Source: Octopus sinensis (taxonomy: Eukaryota). From it: a stretch of 64,000 nt of DNA. Shown in pieces: positions 1-11,997 of the stretch. Within the stretch, counting starts at the first letter, position 1; every line of letters starts with the position of its first letter. The notes under the pieces were generated by a model. It saw nothing but the letters and a program-made list of their open reading frames with translations. It did no database searches and was not told the origin of the DNA. The DNA lies in assembly GCF_006345805.1 (NCBI RefSeq), contig NC_043006.1, positions 89,962,001-90,026,000 of the forward strand, written 5' to 3'. The position numbers and the translations under genes are program-made.

Positions 1-223
1 ACCTAAGTATGCACACTGCTCCTTCATCCCTTCCCCTGCATCACCAAACCTCAGTCCAACACCCATTTCTCACCCTCCCCACCCAGTCGTAGTGTTGCAA
101 TCACTGTCATCTAACATACCCACATACTTGAACACCAAAAACATACATATATGTATATTTGTGTATGTATGTATATGTGTGCCCATGTGTGTATATATGT
201 GAGTGTGCACATGTATATATGTA

Positions 224-257
<34 letters not shown>

Positions 258-394
258 CATATTGATAATAGAAGGGTAAAATTAATCAATTAAATTAATT
301 AATTAACAATTCTACCAAGTAGATCGGGACATTAAAATAACCTTTATAGGTAAAATTATCTACATAATTATAATTAGGTTTCAGCTAACTGCTT

Positions 395-455
395 TACCAC
401 ATACCGAAATTAGAAAAAGGAGTTAAACACCTTTTTCTAATTTTGGTATGTGGTA
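395..455. repeat. 26-bp near-perfect hairpin (fold-back)
   Basis: TACCACATACCGAAATTAGAAAAAGG (395-420) is the reverse complement of 430-455 with one G.T pair; 9-nt loop. Confidence 0.9.
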
Positions 456-759
456 TATACACCCACACACACCAGCCAAAAACACATACATGCATATGTG
501 CACACATGCACACACACACACACACACACGTTCACACACTACACACATGTCCATATATGTATACTCCTTCCTCTTCCCCCCATGCCACCAGACCTCAATC
601 GAATGCTTTCTCACTACGCCACCCCACAACACTGTTGCGACTACACTAGCATACATCTGTCACATTGACACACACAAATACCAGATCTGCCACACTAGCA
701 TACATCTGTCACACCTGCACATATAAATACTAAAAGCATACACACACACCCTCACTCAC

Positions 760-977
760 TCCATGGCCTTGTTGTCTGCTGGCTCCCTGACACTTTGGTG
801 TCACCAGCTTGCGATCCAGCCACACAGTCCAAGAAATTCACCTTTCTAATGAAACTGCTCTCACTGAAAATTGATCTTCCTCTAACAACACCATGTGACG
901 ACCCACCTTGACCAATAGCAGCCCATTTTCCAGCAGCCTTCTTGGACTTTCTTGCCTCATCCTTCAGTAATCTAAGC
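760..977 (-). CDS. Candidate internal coding exon of an unidentified host gene (72 codons, LRLLKDEARKSKKAAGKWAAIGQGGSSHGVVRGRSIFSESSFIRKVNFLDCVAGSQAGDTKVSGSQQTTRPW)
   Basis: On the minus strand: CTAAC branch-like motif and CCCATCTCTTTCAG acceptor before 977, and a GTGAGT donor after 760. Only one frame is open. GC is higher than in the flanks. No protein family recognised. Confidence 0.45.
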
Positions 978-1127
978 CTGAAAGAGATGGGTTTTTGTTA
1001 GAAACCAGGGAAACTTTAGTCTGCATGGAACCAATTCAAACTGTTTTCAATAATAATACACGGAACTCCTACTAAATGTATTGATTGCCCTTTTCTTTCC
1101 TTTGTGCACACACTCATATATATGTAT

Positions 1128-1475
1128 TTGCTTCCCAACCACATGGTTCCAGGTTCAATCCCACCGATTGACATTTTGGATAAGTATCTTCTACTGTAGT
1201 CTTGGGCCGACCAACGCCTTGTAAGTGGATTGGGTTGATGGAGACTGGAAGAAGCCTGACGTATATATATAAATATATATATGTGTGTGTGTGTATGTGT
1301 CTTTGTGTCTGTGTTTGTCCCACCCCATCACTTGCCAACTGGTGCTGGTGCATTTACCACACTTAACAAAAGAATAAGTCCTGGGGTTGATTCATTTGAC
1401 AAAAAATTCTTCAAGGCGGTGCACCAGCATGGCCACAGTCTAATGACTAAAACAAGTAAAAATTAAAAGAAAGAT
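1128..1475 (+). mobile_element. tRNA-derived SINE family A (Octopus-type), 5'-clipped
   Basis: GGTTCAATCCC B box, GGGCCGACCAACGCCTTGT body, (TG)n middle and GGTG..CCAGCATGGCC..CAGTC..ATGACT.AAAC tail shared with many copies in the window. Confidence 0.85.
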
Positions 1476-1484
1476 ATAAATATA

Positions 1485-2163
1485 TGTCTCCACCACCTAC
1501 CTCCTTTCTGCACTCCATCATTAACACCTTGTTTATTTGCTAATTATCCTCAATTCTCCCCCACCCCTCCACCACTACCACATACGTACCATAGTCCTCA
1601 CTCTTGAGTCTCTTCTATATTTCACTCCATCATTTCACTTAGCATCACCTCCACTCATGCTCACCATCCCCAGTGCCCTTCAAGGGCATGTCCCAACACA
1701 TCTTCCCCCCCACCACCATCTCTCTAACTCTTGCTTTCTTTATCAAACTCACTCTCTTTGTCTTACTCTTTGTCTTACTCTCCATCTCACCCTTCTTTCT
1801 CTTCCAACTCAGGTACCCATGTCTCCACTCTATAAGATACCCACCCCTGTCCCTCTGCACCTCTAATCTCCCATCAACTGGCACAAAACCATCCACCTCA
1901 TTACTATCATCTCCTCCTGGCTGAAGGGGCTTTTGTCTCGCAACTTCCTTTGGTAACTGCTGGTGCTGGTGCCACATAAAAAGCATCCAGTCCACACTCT
2001 GGAAAGTGGCTGGCATTAAAAGGGGCCAGCAACTGCAACCAAACCAAAACAGGCAATGAAGCTTGATGTAGCCCCTGGTCTTACCAGCTCCTGTCCAGCC
2101 AGCCAACCCATGTCAGTGTGGAAAAGGGACATTAATTGATGATGATGATGATGATGATGATGA
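1485..2163 (+). mobile_element. 3' region of an RTE-related LINE with (GAT)n tail
   Basis: GGTGCCACATAAAAAGCA motif, CCAACCCATG...GGAAA 3' end and (GAT)8 tail, resembling the RTE tails elsewhere. Confidence 0.6.
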
Positions 2164-2908
2164 GAGTTAAAGAAAATTCAATTTTTACATAGTTTTCTTT
2201 TTATCTCAATATCAATAAATTCTCTCTTTAAAATGGTTTTTCCTTCATTTGATGTCACAGGGGTTTCCTATCAATTATAGTTAAGGGGTCCACACAGTGT
2301 GGAAAGCCATAAAAGGGAACCACTGTGTCATATCAACCAAGCAAACTCGTGATCAAAGGGAATTCAGCCATGACCATCCTGTAATTTTTAGGGGATGTAC
2401 AACAACATTACTTAACTTGTCCTTTCCATTAGAAAGTTGTATGAGAGAGATTTGGCTGCTATTTCTAGCAGGACCGGCTACTACATACAGGTTTCCTTGT
2501 CCATTTGATTCTGTAAGTTTTTTTTTTTTCATTATTACTTGAGGTCATCCTGGTTTCCTTGCTGGGTTATAGTGCTTGAAAATTTAGGTCCTAAGATATT
2601 TGGAACCCTATAAATTAAATAATCTGCAACAAAGTGCAGTCCTTATTGTAGCAAGGGGGTTTGTATGCCTGTCACCCTAACAACTGTGTCAGGGAATCAT
2701 AAGCTTTAAGTGGGACCTCATGCTAGATACAGTTCAAAGGACAGAAGGCAGTCTAATATAGACCACCTCTGTTCAAAGATAAAAATAGACTTGCATAGGA
2801 CCAACAACCCTACCTGGAAAAGATCAAAATAAGAGAAGCATCAATGATGATTCAAAATTATGAAGACCTTGGGGAGAAAGGTCTTTCCTCTGGGTAACAT
2901 ATGAAGGG

Positions 2909-3448
2909 GAGATCCAGTTGGAAGGAAGCAGAGATACAGGTGCAGAGAAGAAAAGATCTAACTGGAGAGAAAAGAGATCCAATTGGAGAGAAGAGGAGAT
3001 ATAAATGGATTGAAGAAGAGATCCAAATGGAGAGAAGCAGAGATGCAAGTGGATTGAAGAAGAGATCCAACTGACAAGAAGAAGAAGAGATCCAAGGGGA
3101 GAGAAGAGATGCAACTGGAGAGAAGCAGAGTCACAAGTGGCGAGAAGAAAAGATCCAAATGGAGAGAAGAGATCCGAGTGAAAAAAGGCGATCCAACTGG
3201 AGAGAAACAGAGATCCAACTGGATTGAAGCAGAGATCCAAGTGGCAAGAAGAAAAGATCCATTAGGAGAGAAGAGATCCAAACGGAGAGAAGCAGAGATT
3301 CAGCTGGAGAGAAGAAGAGACCCAACTGGATTGAAGAAGTAATCCAAGTGCAGAGAAGCAGAGATCCAATTGGAGAGAAGAATTCACATGGATTGAAGCA
3401 GAGACCCAACTGGATTGAAGAAGAGATCCAAATGGAGAGAAGAAGCAG
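2909..3448 (+). repeat. Purine-rich minisatellite, about 25 units of 19-25 bp, consensus GAGATCCAACTGGA(GA/TT)GAAG(C/A)A
   Basis: Units read directly from the sequence; explains the overlapping spurious ORFs at 2824-3474. Confidence 0.9.
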
Positions 3449-4223
3449 TAAAGACAGCCCAGGGTTAAGGACAATGGAGAGAAGTCGTTGATGGCTGATT
3501 GTTGATAAAGAGTGAAATACTTGTATAAGTAAGCAGTTATTTGTTGAAAAGAGGTTTGTTTGTTTGTTCTACGGAAGTGAAGCTACCACACAGGAAACTG
3601 CAACACTTGTGTATTCTGGACAAAAATGTGAATGAGAGCAATGTTACATCATGTTCATGAAAATGGTAGCATTGATGCTGGTAACGAGGATGAAGGCAAT
3701 ACAATGTTGCTGCTGCTAATGATTAGAAAATAATGGTACATGATATTTTCCCATTGTATTTAGTAGTCATTATTAATACAAACTTTATTGTAACTAAGAT
3801 TATGAAATACTGATTGTAATGCATTCAAAAATTATCGTAATTATAGTAATTTTCCTGAAACCTGTATTTCTTTGAATTAAGTTAGGCAAGCTAAATGTCA
3901 GCTAATGGTGTTAGTGATGGAGGAGGAAGCAAAGTTATACGGCTACACAATACAGCCTCTGTTTTACAAAATTTAATCCGATTCCTTTGTTCGGTGGCAA
4001 GCTATCTAATTAGATTATTCTTTACACAGGAAATGTAGCTGTTAATGGACATTTCATTTCAGGCATTTTATCAAATTTTCAATAGAGAACGATAGTGGAG
4101 TGGGCTGTGTCTAACAATCGGTCTTTCTCGTTGCTGTGATGTAGGAACTGAGCATGATAGGCATCATTACTGATCTGACCTCTTATTAATTCTGTCTTTA
4201 GAATTAGCTGAACTGAATAGAAC

Positions 4224-4426
4224 CAGTGAATTAAATCGTATTTAAGCTGAAAAAGGCTCCCTGCTTACTGGTTGATGGTACAGCCTTCTAATGTTGGTTT
4301 AACTTATGCCAGAGATGACATTATTAGTAGACATTATGGCCTTGGTCATCGCATTATGAGCTTTATTTATTATAGATAAAACTACAAGTAAATCTAAAAG
4401 GAGAAATATAATATTAAATGACCTGA
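4224..4426 (+). repeat. Left arm of a 203-bp inverted repeat (partner 5705-5908)
   Basis: 4294-4426 matches the reverse complement of the right arm at 132/133 nt; the outer about 70 nt are about 84% identical. Confidence 0.9.
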
Positions 4427-5044
4427 AATGCTACAGCAAGCAGATGTTCATGGCTGCACATCAATAGAGAAAACTGAGCTGAATACAAAAATGTCCAGCA
4501 GAACTAATCAAGTGTTATCTTACTTAAAGCCATTAATATTCAATAGATTGTTGGTTTGCGAGATGTTGTCTTAGTTTCTCAGTTTCACTAGAAACAATTA
4601 CAAGTTCAATCTTAGAAATTGGTGAAAGAAAGAAAAAAGAAGTGCTCTTTCATATGTTTATTCATTTTATGTCCATCTTTTCTATACTGGCATAGGTTAA
4701 ATGGATACTTCGTGGATACAATATTTTATAATTGGATGCCCTTCTTGTCATAAACCTCAACGATGTGGTTTTCAAGTGAAAGACTTTTTTTATCCACTAA
4801 GCTTCAAAACTGTAGAACTATGCAACAAAGTTCACCAGGAATTTAAGCACAATGACAATGTTTTTAGCTTAGACTGTCTCATGTGAAGGAATGAAAAAAC
4901 AACTTCATGTGTGCATGCATATGTGCATACACACACAAACATACACATAAACATAGATATATAGATACACAAACACACACACACATACATCACTGTGACT
5001 ATAGCCATATCTGCACTTTGTGTTCATTATTAGTAGCTTTGTGT

Positions 5045-5575
5045 CTAGATATTATGTGACTGTGAAGACCCGACAAATAGTATGAGTTCATGGTTGTTTC
5101 CTGCACCAGCTTCACATAGAAGCCCCAGCCCATCCAAAGTGCCTTGGATCACAGGACGGCCTGCTGTGCTTACCTTGGATTGTAGGGTGACCTGCTGTGC
5201 TTGAGGAGACCTATTGAGTTAAGTATATCAGCATCAAAAAATCAAAGGGAAATTGTAGTTGTGATACCTGTGCTGGTGGCACATAAAAAGCACCATCCAA
5301 ATGTGGTCGATGCCAGTGCAGCCTTGACTGGCTTCCGTGCCAATGGTACGTAAAAAGCACCAACCGATTGTGGCCATTGCCAGCCTCCCCTGGCATGTAA
5401 AAAGCACCCACTACACTCACAGAGTGGTTGGTGTTAGGAAGGGCATCCAGCTGTAGAAACACTGCCAGATCACACAGGAGCCTGGTGCAGTCTCCTGGCT
5501 TCCCAGACCCCAGTCGAACCATCCAACACATGCTAGCATGGAAAACGGACGTTAAACGATGATGATGATGATGAT
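5045..5575 (+). mobile_element. RTE LINE 3' UTR/tail fragment
   Basis: Tandem GTGGCAC.TAAAAAGCACC units, GGAAGGGCATCCAGCTGTAGAAAC, CATGCTAGCATG palindrome, (GAT)n tail. Confidence 0.85.
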
Positions 5576-5704
5576 TCTGTTAATATCAAACAACAATCCC
5601 CAGACATTCTCTACAGTTCACATTTCCTTCCATGCCAACCCTTCATTACAACAAACTTAGCTTGCCCTTTTTTAAAATTCAGCTCCTCCTCCTCCTCCTC
5701 TTTC

Positions 5705-5908
5705 TCAGGTCATTTAATATTATATTTCTCCTTTTAGATTTACTTGTAGTTTTATCTATAATAAATAAAGCTCATAATGTGATGACCAAGGCCATAATGT
5801 CTACTAATAATGTCATCTCTGGCATAAGTTAAACCAATATTAGCAGTGCTGTACCATCAACCAATGATCAGGGAGCCTTTTTCATTTGAAACACAATTTA
5901 ATTCACTG
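5705..5908 (-). repeat. Right arm of the inverted repeat (partner 4224-4426)
   Basis: Reverse complement of 4224-4426. Confidence 0.9.
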
Positions 5909-7389
5909 CAATTGTCAACCTGTATTGAGCAAGATGATGGCCCGGACACCCTCACACATCTCAAGGATTAGTGCAGTATTGTTTCCTTGTTTTCTCATTA
6001 TTTCTTATAAAAACAATAATACTCCTCACATGAAAATTTGAGGTTTACACCTTCATCTGCCGTTAAACAACAAATGGTGCCAAACAGATTCCTTTCAATT
6101 CTCCCTAGTAATCTCTACCTTGAAGGAGCCTCAAAGACACAAGTGTCCCCTGGTTTAACTGACCCCAGGACTTGAGTAATTACTTTTACTTGAACCCTTC
6201 ACACTGTGCGAAGCGTAGATCATTGATGACTTTTCTTCACTGTTTTCAACTTTGGATTATTTTCTCTGCTTCTCCCCAATTCGATCCCTGCCTTTTTCAG
6301 TGTTTCTTCGGTCCTCTTTGTGGGTTTTATCCTCACTTGCACTTCAAGTGTGTATAGTTTCCAAAATGGAAAGAATTATTCTTTCAGATTTGGTTGGTTT
6401 TGAATTTTCCCCAGTGTTTCTATCACTTTGTTTTTTTTTCCTAGCTATGGATGTTGGCCCTTCATGAACCAGTTTTTATCTCTGAGGAGTGGTGGTCCCC
6501 ATCAGACTAACCCCTACTCTTTGAACTGTCCAGCATGGGAGGCCCAAGAAGGAACATACACTCAACTGACATAACTCTCAGGGTCATTGACCACAACAGA
6601 TTGATGGACTAGGTACCACACTTCCAAGTAAGAAATGGGTTTCATTTGTTTGACCAAGGTGGTGCTCTAGCATGGCCACAGTGCAACGACTGAAATAAGT
6701 AAATAATAAAAGATAAAGAATTCAGAAAGGATAAAAAGGCAAGACAACCTCAACAGGATTTGAACTCAAGATCTAAAGACTCATAGCTAAATGTTGTAAG
6801 ACATTTGTGTGATGTTCTAATGATACTCTCAAGACAAAAATAGGAAAGACAGCCATTGATGTCGGCAAATGATGTTGAATACATGTCTGAACAAACGACG
6901 AGTCTTTCTTTTTTTTCAATCATTACTCGAGCAGGTCCCATTGAAACATCGTTAATTTGCATCTGAAAGAAATCTCGTCTCCTTCACTATTACTCTTTAA
7001 ATAAAGTTATTTGTTGTTGGTGGTCAATTCATTCACATCTCCTTCAGAAACTCTGTCAACATGTTTATTTCAGTCCCCACCCCCTTCCTGCTCTCACCCC
7101 TCTGGCTTTCTTTTTCTCCTTTGTGTCTTTCTTTTTTTAATATTTGTTTGATCATCTATCAAAGTTGTTAATTATTTATCTATCCATATTTTCCAACACA
7201 ATCAATGCATCTCATATGGCCTCAAACCGAAAATTATTTTGAGTATAAGAGGAAATATTGACAGCATATTAGAAAAGAAGTGAAGATATTTTATAGAGGA
7301 AGAACGACTTTGCGAGATGATGGAGTTAGTTAAAGACTTTGATCAATTGTTCAGCAGAGTGGCGAGAATGTATAGAATAGTATAGTATA

Positions 7390-7438
<49 letters not shown>

Positions 7439-7704
7439 CACATTAAACCTATTCTACTTAACTTGAATATTCTCCAGGATTCCATTGTAAGTGCACAAAT
7501 GGTTCCATCTTATCACAATGGAAGATTTCAATGCACTTTATTAAAGTCAATAAGCTGTACTTGGGGACAGATTTAAATGTCTTATAACAGACTATACAAC
7601 GAACCCATCATTGAACTTGGAGAGTCACATTTCCATTACACACACACACACATGCATAAGTGTGTGAGTGTTACTTGCTCTATGGAACATCAAAGTATGT
7701 GTGT

Positions 7705-7758
<54 letters not shown>

Positions 7759-8113
7759 ATATATATCTGTAAGTATATATATATATATGAACACATGTAT
7801 ATAAGAATGTCTATGTGCATGTGTGCAGATGCAAGAATGCAGACACAAAAATAATTAAGTTCCATATGCATACACCATAGAATATATAAAAAAAACGTAT
7901 TTTTATTTTATTCTCTAGAAAGAGTGGAAAAGGAAGGGGGAGTGGGGGATAGTGAGTAGTGAGGATGAGGGGGGAAGAAGTGGAGGATGGAGAGAAGAAG
8001 GCATCAATTAAATTATCATATAAAAATCTCAGCATAATGTATGAGATATGTAAATTGATATCAACTAATAACTACACATATGTGATATCTACCTAGCTAG
8101 CAAGCTATCTACT

Positions 8114-8151
<38 letters not shown>

Positions 8152-8170
8152 ATATTTGTATGTATACATA

Positions 8171-9031
8171 TGTGATCTGATCAATAAGTATCTGGACTGT
8201 TGCCATAGTAATGAAGAGAAAGCACACAGAGTGAAGCCATTTGGCACAGATTGACCTTGAACTAAGTTTTAACATTCTAGCTTGCTTCTGTTGTTTACAG
8301 CAGTGCTTGGAAGTATCATGTGTAGCATGCGTTCATCACATTGACCATGATAGAGGAAGTTGAGCAGAGAATCTGCATCAAATTTTGCCAAATGCTTGGC
8401 AATACCTGCTCAGAGGCCTAGGCAAAGTTTTCAAAAACTTTCCATTGTTCTCAACACAATCAGGGATTCTTGTGCAACTGAAATCCCCGAGTATCTTTTC
8501 GGTCAGCTGAAAGCAGTTTTGGCACAAACTTAGCAGACAACCGTCTCAAACCCAAATCTTCAGTGATAATGGACTGAACTGAACCGTAACTAATCTGCAT
8601 ATCCTCTGATTACTCACAAATGGTGATTCCATGATTTCTCATCAAAGCTGCAAGCACATCAATGATATTTTTCTCAATCCTGCTGTGTTTTTCTCAGTTC
8701 CCTAAGAACGTTTGTCCTTAGCGACATTTTTTCGGCCATCTTGGAAATGTCTGAAACACTCGTACACTTGTGTGTGCCTCATACACTCCTCTTCATACAC
8801 TTTCTGCAAGTATCGCCATGACAACGTTCTCTGTCATGGTCAATACGATGATCATATGTTACACACATTACTTCAAAGCACTGCTGTAAACAGCAGAAGT
8901 GATCTGGAATGTTAAAACTTAGTGGACATGCACAGCAGGGGTCAAGGTTAATCTGTGCCAAGCAGCTCTACTCTGTGTGCTTTAGCTTTGTTACTATGGC
9001 AACGGTCTGGATACTTACCGATCAGACCTCG
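8171..9031. mobile_element. Mariner-derived element made of two head-to-head 5' ends
   Basis: TA-flanked TIRs of the TACGAGGTCTGATC..TAAGTATC type at both ends. Plus arm encodes MIEEVEQRICIKFCQMLG. Minus arm encodes a decayed mariner HTH region (DLGLRRLSAKFVPKLLS). Confidence 0.8.
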
Positions 9032-9250
9032 TATGTATGTACATATATATATATATGTATAGAGGGAGAATAAAAAAACAAAAGACGAAGACAGGGTGGT
9101 GTAGACAACAAACAGATGTTTTAGTATAATGCTCAGGAAGGGAAAAGTTTTTAACATTTCGAGCCTACACTCTTCCACAGAAAGGAACACAGAAAGAGAC
9201 AAGGAGAGAAAATAAAGAATGCATAGTGGCTAGCGATCTATTATGACAAC

Positions 9251-9905
9251 TCATCATCATCGTTTAATGTCCATTTTCTATACTGACACAGGCTGGATGG
9301 TTTGACTGGAATTGGTACGGTCAGAGGCCATACCAGGCTCCATTATCTGTTCTGGCAAGGTTTCTACAGCTGGTTGCCCTTATTGATGCAAACCACTCCA
9401 CACAGTGTACTGTGTGCTTTTTATGTGGTACCAACACCAGTGCCTACAATCTGGCACCAGGCACGAGTGCTTTTTCTGCAGCACCAGCACCAGTATCAGT
9501 TCAGTTGTGACAGATGGGTCTTTTTAAGTACAACAAGGCACCAGATATCTCGGGCATCAGTAACTGCCTTCATAAGGTTCAGTGCCTTGAGATCAGCCTT
9601 TGATACTTCATCCCATGTCTTCCTGAGTCACCCTCTTCCATAAGTTTCATCCACTTTAAAGTGACCACCACTTCTGGATGCAATTATCTTCATCCATATG
9701 CATCACATGACCAAACTAGCACAGCTTTCTCTCTTGCCCATTACATCCAATTCCTCTTACGTCCAGTTTTTTACTCAATACACTGACGGTCTGTTGCACA
9801 TGTACGCTGACATTGCACATCCAGTGGAGCTTACAAACTTCATTCCTCTCTAACCTTCACATGTATTCTGCATTCAGGGCCCACATCTCACTACCATCCA
9901 TGTAG
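9251..9905 (-). mobile_element. RTE LINE 3' end (end of ORF plus tail)
   Basis: (CAT)n then GTTTAATGTCC tail on plus; decayed RTE C-terminal coding sequence further right. Confidence 0.75.
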
Positions 9906-9912
9906 CATTGTA

Positions 9913-9961
<49 letters not shown>

Positions 9962-9988
9962 ACACAAAGAGGAATGATATAATACAAA

Positions 9989-10384
9989 TCTCTCTATATA
10001 TATAAAACTGAAGTTGTCTGTGTATGGCAGGTTTGGTAGCCTTCAACTAACACTATCTCCTCCACGTCCCTGCAGTGCAAGTTGACTAAAATTGAGAGTA
10101 TGATAGAAGAAGGCTTACTCTTCCTTCCATAGAAGAAAAAATTGAAATCGGACCATGTTAACACCAAAAATTATTTACATCAAAAAGGTGCTTTTTTTTT
10201 CTATGAAAATCCCTATTTTTTACGATTTTTTTACTGCTGTGTCGTCATTTTTCGGTGTATTTCAACCAGAAAAATGTTCGCTTAAAGAGAATAACAAGCT
10301 ACAGAATGCAAATTTTTTACTGTTAAAAAATTCCAATTCTAAAGGGTCGAAACAAACCTGAGCAACGCCGGGTGATACTGCTAG
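9989..10384 (+). mobile_element. Non-autonomous Helitron-like element
   Basis: A|TC 5' end (TCTCTCTATATATATAAAACTG), subterminal GC-rich hairpin remnant CCTGAGCAACGCCGGG, and CTAG|T 3' end. Confidence 0.75.
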
Positions 10385-10395
10385 TATACTATATA

Positions 10396-10724
10396 CATGT
10401 GTTTCCACAAATCACATGACTCTTGAAGTCACAGTCCATAGTATCCATGGCCATCTGGTTGATCATCTTCATGGATTCATTTCCTCAGGTGATATAACAT
10501 TAATGGATGTTTAAGGGAGGGATGTTTATCCCTTTTAACAAATATGAAAGTTGACTGAGTTAAGCATCCCTCTGTTGTATACATCCATTAATGTTATATC
10601 ACCTGAAGAAATTAATCCATGAAGATGATCAACTGGATGGCCATGGATACTATGGACTAAACTGTAATCATCCCAGGAATACGGACTGTGATTTTAAGAG
10701 TCATGTGATTTGTGGAAACACTTG
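10396..10724. mobile_element. Almost wholly palindromic MITE (Tc1/mariner-type, TA TSD)
   Basis: Arms 10396-10510 and 10581-10724 are reverse complements with about 7 mismatches plus a 24-bp extra segment; TA on both sides. Confidence 0.8.
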
Positions 10725-10904
10725 TAGCAATGCATTAAGTGTTTATAAATTCCATCCAAGGATTATTGTTGTTATTGTTATATTCATCCTATATCATAAC
10801 GCTACAAATTGATGCAACTCTGAAAAACTGGTTCACCAGTCAGCATCATTGGACTGTGGCTGGCATAAGGGAAGAATAGGAGCTTTATTGGCCTTATATA
10901 CATA

Positions 10905-11065
10905 GGCTCAGGAGTGGCGGTGTGGTAAGAAGCTTGCTTACCAAACACATAGTTCTGGGTTCAGTTCCACTGCATGACACTTTGAGCACGTCTTCTACTA
11001 TGGCCTCAGGCTGATCAAAACCTTGTGAGTGGATTTGGTAGACAGAAACTGAAAGAAGCCTATCG

Positions 11066-11097
<32 letters not shown>

Positions 11098-11325
11098 TAT
11101 ATTTATTTATTTATTTATATGTATTTGTGCGTCTGTGTTTGTACCCCCACCATTGCTTGACAACCGATGTTGATGTGTTTATGTCCCTGTAACTTATTAG
11201 TATGGCAAAAGAGACCCAGCATAAGTACTAGGCTTACAAAGAATAAGTCCTGGGGTCGATTTCCTCAACTAAAGGCAGTGCTCTAGCATGGCTGCTATCA
11301 AATGACTGAAACAAGTAAAAGAATA
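10905..11325 (+). mobile_element. tRNA-derived SINE family A, near full length
   Basis: GGCTCAGGAGTGGCGGTGTGG A box, GGGTTCAGTTCC B box, family tail ending AAACAAGTAAAAGAA. Confidence 0.9.
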
Positions 11326-11356
11326 ATATATATATATATATATTTTCTTTTACTCT

Positions 11357-11620
11357 TTGTCAGCCACAAGTACACATAGCTTACACTGTGTACATCTTAT
11401 GGAGTTTCTACCTACACCTTTTCTACAGATTGAGCAGGGCCACCTACCTGAGGGTGTGTGTGGTGAGTTTGCCTTCCTACTTACTAGAACTTTGGTCTTT
11501 GCTACATTGACTCAAAGGCCTTTTCATTCTAAACCTAGCTTCCACACCCGAAATTTCTTTTCTATTTCTGGTAGTGATTCTGCTATGAGGGCTAGGTCAT
11601 CAGCATAGAGGAGCTCCCTA
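11357..11620 (-). mobile_element. RTE RT fragment
   Basis: ELLYADDLALIAESLPEIEKKFRVWKLGLE, nearly the same as the protein of 19397-19681, followed by RWPCSICRKGVG. Confidence 0.85.
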
Positions 11621-11997
11621 TGTATGTATATATTTATAAACATATATATATACACACACACATTCCTGAGTGTTATACTAATACATCTGTTTGTTTTATG
11701 CAACACCTGTCTTCGTCTTTTGTTTTTTTCATAAACTTTCCCTATATATATATATAATATATATATATATAAATATAACAAAAGAGGGGGTGGTATTTCC
11801 CCACAGGAAAAAAATGTAGGAAAATGTTTTGTTGAAAATGCATCTAAATTTCAAAAATTTATAAATGTTTAAAATACATTATTTACATATATACCAAACT
11901 AGTTTCAACTACAAGCGAAAGCGTCTATTAGAAGAGGATCAGAAAAACTGTAAACCAAATTGTGCAGTGCTAAAATTTGAGTTAACTGTCTAGGAAA

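Noticed and set aside
2909-3448. CRISPR-like appearance of palindromic repeats
   Set aside because: Units are contiguous with no unique spacers, the context is eukaryotic, and no cas genes are present
5930-6600. Possible decayed LINE 5' region on the minus strand
   Set aside because: Only vague resemblance to RTE 5' UTR motifs; no convincing protein motif recovered
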